From the NCBI GenBank assembly GCA_002504435.1, contig DAQP01000043.1, positions 16,810 to 80,809 of the forward strand: a stretch of 64,000 nt of DNA, written 5' to 3'. Source of the stretch: Euryarchaeota archaeon UBA438 (GTDB lineage Archaea; Thermoplasmatota; Poseidoniia; Poseidoniales; Thalassarchaeaceae). The stretch's first letter is position 1; each line of letters starts with the position of its first letter. The translations under genes and the position numbers were made by a program. The notes below the pieces were generated by a model. That model made no database searches, was not told where the DNA came from, and was given only the letters and a program-made list of their open reading frames with translations. Shown here in pieces: positions 21,130 through 29,800 of this stretch.

Positions 21130-21158
21130 GCGGGGGGGCGCTCTATGCGCCCTCTCGC
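21130..21158 (+). other. GC-rich 12-bp stem / 5-nt loop hairpin, 42 nt downstream of the RHH gene stop
   Basis: gcgggggggcgc tctat gcgccctctcgc. Positions 21130-21141 pair with 21147-21158 (two G-U wobbles). There is no T-run afterwards. Confidence 0.3.
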
Positions 21159-21289
21159 ACCAAATTTCGAAGGTCTCTTGGACCGAGCAAGAAAGGCTAG
21201 TTCAACGATGAGCGCCGAGGCCTAGATAGTGTCATTCTCCGTAGTCTGAACCCAATCTTCTTGGTCGTTCTACTGGCAGGGCCCTTTCC

Positions 21290-23311
21290 ATGACCACTTC
21301 CGATACCCCGGATCTGGGAGTTTACCATGCTCATGAGAAGATGAGAGACTCCCAAATCGAGATGATCAGGGACGGAATAGACTCCCTGCAATCGGGGGGA
21401 GCCCTGCTGGCTGCAGCGCCCACTGGAATAGGCAAGACTGCGGCGTCCTTGGCTTCCGCATTGCATGTTGCAAATGATAGGTCCCAAGAGGGTTTGAAGC
21501 CGAAGATTGTGTTCATGACAGGTAGGCAATCGCAACATAGGATCGTTGTTGACACTGTCAAAATGATCAACTCGAGGCTTCCAACGGGAGTTTCGAGAGT
21601 CAAATTAGTTGATATCATTGGAAGGGAGGGGATGTGTGATGTTATCGACAAATCGACCGGCAAATGCAACTGTGAAAAAGAGTCGACGGAGGAGGGCAGA
21701 CAGAGAAAAAGAAACAGGATGAAGGACATTATCCTGTCAGAGCCTCGGCATGTCGAGTGGGGAATAAAGTATGGCAAGCAAGAAAGGGTGTGCTCATGGG
21801 CAGCCGCTAGGGCAGCTGCCAGAGATACAGATGTGTTGGTTTGTGACTATAATCATGTTTTCATCGAGGAAGTCAGAGAAAGCTCACTTCCGGCCATGGG
21901 AATAAATCTAAATGAGTCTATATTGATAGTTGATGAAGCCCATAACCTACCAGATCGAATCAGGAATGGATTAGAAAGAAGGATTACTGATCAGGTATTC
22001 AGAAGGGCGCTGAGTGATGTCCAGGAATACAAGGGAAACCTGGAGAAAGTTGCCTTGCAGTTAGATACTGGTGAAGCATATGGTTTCGGAGACGCTGTAA
22101 AGCTGGAGAAGCAGATTAAGGCCCTCAGAGATGACACTGTACTGAGAAAATGGTTCGACAGCAAGACCGTGGAAAACGAGGAGTCTGACTGGGATGACCT
22201 GCGGATCGAGACAAATGATTTCCTAGATGCCATAGGCAACGCCATAGTCGGGCTTGATGATTCGACGAGCGACCAAATCTCAATTATCCGAGAAATGATT
22301 GGAAACTTGATGAGGGTGAAAATAGATGATGACGACTCACTGGAAGAAGAAGAGCAGAACGATTGCATCAGACTTGCGGAAATGCTGGACGTTTGCATCA
22401 AATACAGAAATAGCGATGCCCTTGCATTAGTGTTCGACAACATATTGGAAGAGCCCCGGATTTCGAGTCATTTGCTGGATCCGGGAGTTGTAGGTGGCCC
22501 CATATTCGAAGAGTGTGCTGGCTCAATTCTGATGTCTGGAACACTATTTCCCCCAATTATGTATTGCGAAATCCTAGGGATAAACGAGGAAGGATATAGG
22601 GGCAAGGAGTACAATTCAGGATTCCCCCCTGAAAATAGACATGTGCTAATTGCCAGCGATGTAACGAGCAAGTTCTCGGAGAGAGAGTCGAGTTTCGGGC
22701 CCATTAGCCAACACATAACTTCCGTTCTGGAAAAAACTCCAGGTAACGTTGCAATTTTCGCCCCCAGCTATTCGATGATGGAACGAATTGCTTCAGAGAC
22801 GGGGTACGTCTTCGGGAGGCATCGCCTGAAGGAGGAAAGAGGCATGTCCAAGCGCTCAGTTGATGGAATGGTCAATAGGCTACACGAACTTAGGTCGATG
22901 GGTAAGAATTCTGTGATTTTCGGAGTATTGAGCGGTAAACTGTCAGAAGGGATAGATTACTCTGACAACATCCTTGATGCCGTGGTCTGCATTGGCCTCC
23001 CATTACCCCCGCCCAGTGCCAAGCAGGACGCACTGTTTGGATACTACACTAGCAGGTTCGGGAGATCAAGGGCATGGAAGTATGCAAGTCTGCAGCCGGC
23101 TGTAAACAGCGTCCTACAGGCTCTCGGGAGACCCATAAGAAAGGCGGAAGATAGGGCTATAGTGGTACTTCTCGAGAAGAGGCTCCTGGAAGGCAGGAGC
23201 AGGGATTGTATGCCTGGGTCAATGGACTCATTAAGGACATCTAGTCCATCTAGAACAGGCAAGCATGTTGAGCGATTCTTCCGGATACCTAAATCAATGG
23301 GTTCATCTTAG
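21290..23311 (+). CDS. XPD/Rad3-family (DEAD_2) superfamily-2 DNA helicase with Fe-S cluster domain
   Basis: Q-motif/Walker A AAPTGIGKTAASL. A 4-Cys cluster (CDVIDKSTGKCNCEKE ... C ... C) lies between motifs I and II. DEAH box reads VDEAHNL. The C-terminal HD2 carries QALGRPIR (motif VI). An acidic insertion reads DDDDSLEEEEQND. Confidence 0.8.
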   Translation: MTTSDTPDLGVYHAHEKMRDSQIEMIRDGIDSLQSGGALLAAAPTGIGKTAASLASALHVANDRSQEGLKPKIVFMTGRQSQHRIVVDTVKMINSRLPTGVSRVKLVDIIGREGMCDVIDKSTGKCNCEKESTEEGRQRKRNRMKDIILSEPRHVEWGIKYGKQERVCSWAAARAAARDTDVLVCDYNHVFIEEVRESSLPAMGINLNESILIVDEAHNLPDRIRNGLERRITDQVFRRALSDVQEYKGNLEKVALQLDTGEAYGFGDAVKLEKQIKALRDDTVLRKWFDSKTVENEESDWDDLRIETNDFLDAIGNAIVGLDDSTSDQISIIREMIGNLMRVKIDDDDSLEEEEQNDCIRLAEMLDVCIKYRNSDALALVFDNILEEPRISSHLLDPGVVGGPIFEECAGSILMSGTLFPPIMYCEILGINEEGYRGKEYNSGFPPENRHVLIASDVTSKFSERESSFGPISQHITSVLEKTPGNVAIFAPSYSMMERIASETGYVFGRHRLKEERGMSKRSVDGMVNRLHELRSMGKNSVIFGVLSGKLSEGIDYSDNILDAVVCIGLPLPPPSAKQDALFGYYTSRFGRSRAWKYASLQPAVNSVLQALGRPIRKAEDRAIVVLLEKRLLEGRSRDCMPGSMDSLRTSSPSRTGKHVERFFRIPKSMGSS

Positions 23312-23336
23312 TCGGGCCATTGGGGGCAACGATAGC

Positions 23337-23816
23337 ATGACGTGGAGGAGAGTTGTAATTGCCGACTCAGACGACGGTGCTGTAACTGAAAATGAATTCC
23401 GAGGAGTCGGCATGGGCCTCGATGTTACCGCCTCGGAAGCGCATTCACAGTTTCTCTCTGACCTACCGCACATGTCTGAGGTTTCGAAGTCCCACGAGGA
23501 ATTCATGGGACAGGTTGGAGACATACCTGAGTCCACCAGGATGGTGAACAACGACGTCACAACTATTGGCGAGATGGTTGCTGATCTAGGAGGTTCAATA
23601 GAGGGCAGCTACATGGAGATTCCAATGCCTTCGGCGAATAGAAGGGGGGTCGTCCTCGAAGTCATGGAGGGCGAGTCAGGCACTATAGCTCGAATTATCG
23701 CGCCCAGTGGTTTTGGAGGAGTTTTGAGGACGTTCAGACTTCCTACTGGGTCATTCATATCGGATGCATCATGGAACGGACACACTTTGGGGTTGTCCCT
23801 TGAAGATCATTCCTGA
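23337..23816 (+). CDS. Hypothetical small protein, possibly with an Hsp20/alpha-crystallin-like beta-sandwich
   Basis: The C-terminal GVVLEVMEGESGTIARIIAPSGFGGVLRTFRLPTGSFISDASWNGHTLGLSLE resembles the ACD strands ('F.R.F.LP..') only weakly. The start is placed at MTWRR; the track ORF starts at 23265 inside the helicase. Confidence 0.35.
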   Translation: MTWRRVVIADSDDGAVTENEFRGVGMGLDVTASEAHSQFLSDLPHMSEVSKSHEEFMGQVGDIPESTRMVNNDVTTIGEMVADLGGSIEGSYMEIPMPSANRRGVVLEVMEGESGTIARIIAPSGFGGVLRTFRLPTGSFISDASWNGHTLGLSLEDHS

Positions 23817-26800
23817 GGGACTATTGAGGCCTCCCTAGATGGAACTTCCTCGAGCTGGTCTATCTCCTGGAGAACTGAGCTCAGTGCCATCTGGGCACTC
23901 TCCCTATGGGGCTCGCCGAGAACGTGGCTTGAGTATCTGGCCTCCTCGAAAATTCTGTCGAGAGACAACAATGCCTGCTCGCTTATTGGGAGTGCGTTTC
24001 TTATTGCTAGCTCGAACTCTCTGACTGTCTCGAAGTCTCTCCTCAGGAAACCTCTGCTCATCAGTATCTGGCAGAGTCCCTCATAGCAGTTGAATATAGC
24101 CTCCCTGACCTCATCCCCTGCTGCCAAGAGCTCTGCTGTGTAGCTGAACACCCCTGCTAGCTCATCGATAGCAGCCTGTTTCCTCCTCCTTAGCACAATT
24201 ACGCCAGCCGCGGCTAGTCCGATTATCACAAGGATGGCTAGTGCGGTCATTGCAGGGCCCACCAATGATGCCCCCTGCTCCGGCTGATATTCTACATCGA
24301 CAACGGCGAACTGTGAGAGTCGGGCAGCGTCAATGGGGTCGATAATATCGGAATCGGAACTGAACTCTACTGACAAGTCCCCCCAGAAGTCCCTGTCCCA
24401 TAGGGGATGGTTCTCATGGAATGACTCGAACTGATATGTGAAGATGCCATTCTGATCTGTGACCCCTACCACAGTGAAATGTGTGCTACTCTCGTTGACT
24501 AGCCTAGCGGTAATCGAAACTCCTTCTATGGCCTCGGCCCTGTCCGTGGCAGTGACATTCACCTTTCCTGACATGGAGCTTTGGCCTATTTCTAGGAACA
24601 AAGAGTCTGGGAGGAACTCAAAGTTCACTGGGACCTTGATTATCACCTCGAACTCAATCTCGCCCCCATTCAGGAACCTTGAGGAGTCGGGATCCACGAC
24701 TATCGACATGCTGGCCACACCAGGAGGCATTGTTGAAATTGCATTCGACTCAACCAGGAACTGCCCTGTTGTCTCATCCCATGTTATCTTCGTATTCGGC
24801 CTCAGAGATTCATCCCAGTATAGCGAGAGGTCCATCTCCTCCATGGTGTTGCCCTCCCCTCCGATCTCAATTATCCTGCCAAGAACCCTAATAGGTCTAT
24901 TTCCATCGCTTCTGACGACCTCGTCCTCAAGGAATAGGATCTCTATCTGAATGTCGGCTCTGGCATACACGGTTGCATTGATCGAGTTGGAAAGGTACAG
25001 CTGTTCGCCAGCGAAAACCAATGAGACGTCGTGTGAACCCCTTGAAATCAGGTAACCCAGTTCATGACTAATGCTGAATGTTCCATCTATGCTTGTAGTA
25101 ATGGTGGAAACTTCTTCGCCATCTAGAAGGAAGGAAAGCACCCTCCCCTCCAAACCCGGATTGCCGGTAGAGTCGGCATCGAATAGCCTACCACTTAGGT
25201 TCCATGCACCACCCCTAGTAACAACATTGTTCTCGACTTGCAGTGTCATTCCGGTGTGATATGCTATTGTCAGGTTTGCCTCTACGGATCCTTCGCGGTG
25301 ATATCCCTGATTCGGAGCTATTACCGTGAGTGTGTGCTGACCCACGTCTAGGAATTCGGACACTACCCAAGAATGGGACCAGGACCCGTCTTCATCCGTC
25401 GTAGTAGTGCCTATCAGAATTCCATCAATAAAGATCTGGAGCGAGTGGTTTCCAAGCCACCCATCCGGAAGGTTATCCTTGACGGAGCCCCTGAGTTGAA
25501 GTACGTCTCCAACAGCGACCGGAACTGGTTGTTCAACACTCACCTCGACTGGACCGAAAACAGTGAAAATAGTGCTAGAGTTAGAGGCGATTACGAACTC
25601 CTCTCCACCAAATTCTATCCTAACGTTCCTTGGCCCGAGAGGCATGTCTGGGGGTACAGGGAAGAATAAGCTAAACGTGCCATTGTCAGACACAGATAGG
25701 GATGTTAGGAATTGGTCGTTCATGTAGACATCTAGATCTCGTCCGGGAAGTACCCTTCCAGCGCCATCAGTCAGCATTCCTTCTATGAGTAGCAGCTCGT
25801 TCCTGTCGACTTCCCCAGGAGGTGTCGTAAGAACGACCTGGGATGTCTGGGTCGCGTTGAATTCCTGTGTTATTGAGGATGGGAGATAGTATTCCGGATT
25901 CAGGGAGTCACCCTGGCCCATCGGGTCGACCCATGTGAAACCGCCAAGGAAGTCGACGGTGAAGGTGTGGTCGCCATAGTCTGTATCAAGCGGTAAATCG
26001 TAAGTGATGCTCCAAATCCCAGTAGAGGAGTTCGAAATTGAAGTGTACAAAGGACCTACGTCGATTCCGTCTATGGAAAGATGGACGACACCTCCCTTTT
26101 CTTCGCCGTCCTCGATCAGGGGTGCACCATGCTCGTCTAGCAGGGTTCCAGTGAACGTGACTGACTCACCTGCGATTGCGGAGCCCGTAATTGAGGTCAC
26201 ATCGAGAACCGTTGGGGCGAGTATCACCACTCTTGTCCATGTCTCATCGCCCAGTAGACCGGTGGTCCCATTGAAGCCAGCAAATGTGGCGGTAATTGTC
26301 ATCGGGCCGGGAGCCCTATTGGAATCGGTCGGGATTACAGTAGTGACAATGCCGTCCTCGTTCGTAAGGCCGGACCATGCTGGTGCCCCATCTATGGAAA
26401 TATCGACCTGGGCTCCTGAGACGAACTGTCCGGAGTTGTCAATCAATGACATGTTGAGTGTGATGTTGTCCCCTCTGACAGTTCTCTCATCAGGGTCCAA
26501 ATCCGTTGGGGAAATTATGGAAAGCATTGAGAAACCTCTGCTGTCAAAGATTCCATCCTCGGAGCTGGCGCCATAGTAGTTGACGGACGGCGTGTATGAG
26601 GCGGTGATATTGTGCGTACCACGTGGGAAGGAAAGATCCAGGAAGATTCTGGCAGACCATGTGCCATTGGCATCTACGGTTCCACCAGTGACTGAGAACG
26701 AGTTAGTGTCCCCATCGATGGCGAAGTTTAGAGTTGGATTCAGGGCATTTCCTGATCTGTCAACTATTCCACTTCCATTACTCGAAGTCAAAGTTCCACT

Positions 26801-29800
26801 AATGTCGAGGAACTCCCCTGCAGCTGGGTTGGAAGTAATTGGGTCGAATGTAATGTTGGTTGGCGACCTGACTGTGATTGTGTTGATTATCGTGGACGAT
26901 GGATGGAGTGTGTCTGAACCATTTGAACCATTGAACATCAGAACTATCGGAATCAAACCGAGAGGGTGCGAATGAGGGACTGAGAATGTGAAGTTGACGA
27001 TACCTTGTCCATTTGTCGGTTGTTCGGGAGTTAGCCACGTATCGTGGAACAATGCGGAAACCGGCATGTCGGAAAGTTGCCTGTCCCCATCGCTAGATTC
27101 TACCAGCTTTGCTCCGAATGTTATGGATGTCCCCCTGTCTACTATTGTATTGAGGAGGGGGTTCCTTTCAGTGAACTGGGTGACGCCTCGAACCAGGATT
27201 GTTTCATTCCCAGAACCGGTAAGGTAGAACGGGGTACTGCCGTTTTCAACGCTTACTATGACAGTCTTGAGGCCGTTAGTCACGCCATCCCCCAGCGGAT
27301 CAGTTGGCACCATTATCGAGAACGATCCGTTAGCTGCGGTGACATGTCCTGTGACCAGAGTCTCACTGGGGTCGTTCAGGAAAAAGACCTCCAGCGTCAT
27401 GGGACCCGATACTGAGCGATTCTGGTCCACTCCATCTAGGACCTGCCCCTGCAGTTGGAAAAACTGCCCGGCGGTGACTTCGGGCAATGGAGCATTGTCA
27501 ATTCTGATGCTACTCGCGACCTGCACGGTGAGGTTCACTGTGCTCTCATTCCCTATCCACCTGCCTGCATTGGGTGTGGTCAGACTATCAGTTAGGTCAT
27601 CCGGTGCGTGTAGGCGGACATCATAGTACCCGGGCGGAGCGTCAGCAGGAATGGTCGGAGTGAACCTTGCGACGCCATCTGAACCCGTGACTGTGGAGTT
27701 GAGTACCTGCTGCAGGGGCCCTCCCCAATCGAAGTAAATGTCGACGGTAGTGTTCTGCAGCCTGTCATTACTCTCCACATCGGTGACTGTGGCATTCGTC
27801 ACCAATGTCTGGCCTGCAATCACGATCGACTGCAATGGCTCTGCCTCCACTACGTACTCGGTCTGTACGCCTGCTTGGAGCACCACTGCACCGGAAACAA
27901 GGTAGTAGGCACCACCCGTGGGGGGGTTCTTCTCGAAATCAAGGATCAGTCTGAGGTCGTAGACACCAGCACCGACACCGCTAGGCATCTGGAATGTAAT
28001 GTTGTACTCGCCGGTAGTGTTGTCTATCCACTGCTCCCCCAGTCTGTAGGTTACTGGTGGTGCTTCCAGGCCATCGGGAGTAGGTGGTTGGTCGGATGGC
28101 ACCTCCATATTCACAATGATGGAAGAGTTGTTTCCTAGAATCGTGCTGTTCAGATTGATGTCCCTGGCGAAACCAGAAATCCAAGATGATTGCCCTCTGG
28201 GAGTCCATTCCGAACCCAGTGTGAATGAGACGTCAGCCCTACCTTGGACTCTGACGGTATCTAACACGCTGTTGGGAAGAAGCCATGTGGAACCGCTATA
28301 ATTCAGCTGCCACGGGTAGTCCCCCGCCTCCACATCTATAGTGGGCCTCCATGTTACCATCACGCGCGGGAGCTCTGGGTCTGACTGATTCCATACCAAC
28401 TCGCCGTTGAAGTCCAATGAGTAGTTCCCAACGAAGCTCGCAACGGAGTTTCCAGTATGGTCTGACAATGTCACTTCTACCTCGGAGTCTGACCCCACGG
28501 GAGCTGGATTCAGAATATAGCTGAAATTTACGTAACTCTTTACTCCGTGCTCATCGATTACCACAGACTCGTCTTTCGCGAAGAGGCCGTCCGCCTCAAA
28601 CTGGTAACGAATCTCTACCAGACCAGCGGGAATGGGGACCTCTGATGCAGAGAAGGACCAATTGACAGCAAATTGCCCGAGGGCCCCCGTCCAATCGGAG
28701 TCGTTAAGATACCATGAATTGAGAGTTGTAAAGGGGCCGTTGGCTGCGGATCTTCGCATCTGTAGTGTAAGGGTGCCATTGAGTGCCTCTGGGATGGTCG
28801 ACCTACTCAGAACGGTGCCGTTGAGGTATATTGGCTGGTCGACCTCAAGGATGGTGTTGTTAGCCCCATGTCCCTCCAGGGTTACGGTAAGGTTGGGTGC
28901 TGGTGTTAGGTTTAGGTTGAATCCGACTGACTGGGGGCGTAAGTGATAGAGGGGGGTGCTTGCATTGTTGAGATCCTCCTCGTGCCAGCCTAGGAAATTC
29001 AAGGTTGCAGCTATCAGCCCCTCCTGTTCAGATTCGTCTATTGGGACGGAGAATTCGTAATAGCCGCCAGCCCCGACGCTGGAGATTAGGCTAACTGGGC
29101 CATCAGCTGTGGTTGTGTAGTTGAGAACCACCTGTAGGCTATCTAGTTGAGTAATGTCATTGTAAGGCTCACTTGAGAGAGAGATCTCGCCTGTTACCGT
29201 AGTGTTCACTCCAATTCCTATCTTTGGCTCGTCCACCGGCTCTGGTTCAGTAATTGACATGTCTACATCGTCAGTGATGTTCATCCTCCAGGGGAAGGTA
29301 ATCCCCTGTGAACCGACGTACCCATTCTCATAAGTTCGAAGAACCAGGGCGCCATATCCTGGATTAATGACCTCTTGGGGCTGCCCTGTTATGTTGAAGG
29401 AGCCATTCTCGTCCGTAATTGCTGTGCCAACGAAATGCTCCTCTAATGCAGCGGAACCGGGGACGTTCTCCGTCTGATTGGATCTTACCAAGTACATGTC
29501 AATGGTGATGTTCGCCACAGAGGTCTGATTTTCAGTGAACCTCAGTATTCCATCCAGGGAAATATTGCCCGATGAAAGGTCCCTGTCGAACCAGATTGGA
29601 CCCCAGCTCTCGTCCACTACCTCGACTGTAGACAGGGATGGACATGCCTCGAAGGGGATCCAGCCGAGATCTGCGTTACCCAGATTGGAGTTTGTCTGGA
29701 GGTGCACCTCTACCCAGGTTGTGAAGTCCTTACCGTAGACCTCGAAAGACGTACCAGTCCACTTCCCTCCAGAGAAACCCGTGACTTTACGGGCAGGGAT

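Noticed and set aside
23265-23336. 5' extension of the small ORF 23265..23816 into the helicase 3' end
   Set aside because: The extension would overlap the helicase by about 50 nt. An internal Met (23337) gives a non-overlapping start, which is preferred. The gene itself is retained at low confidence.
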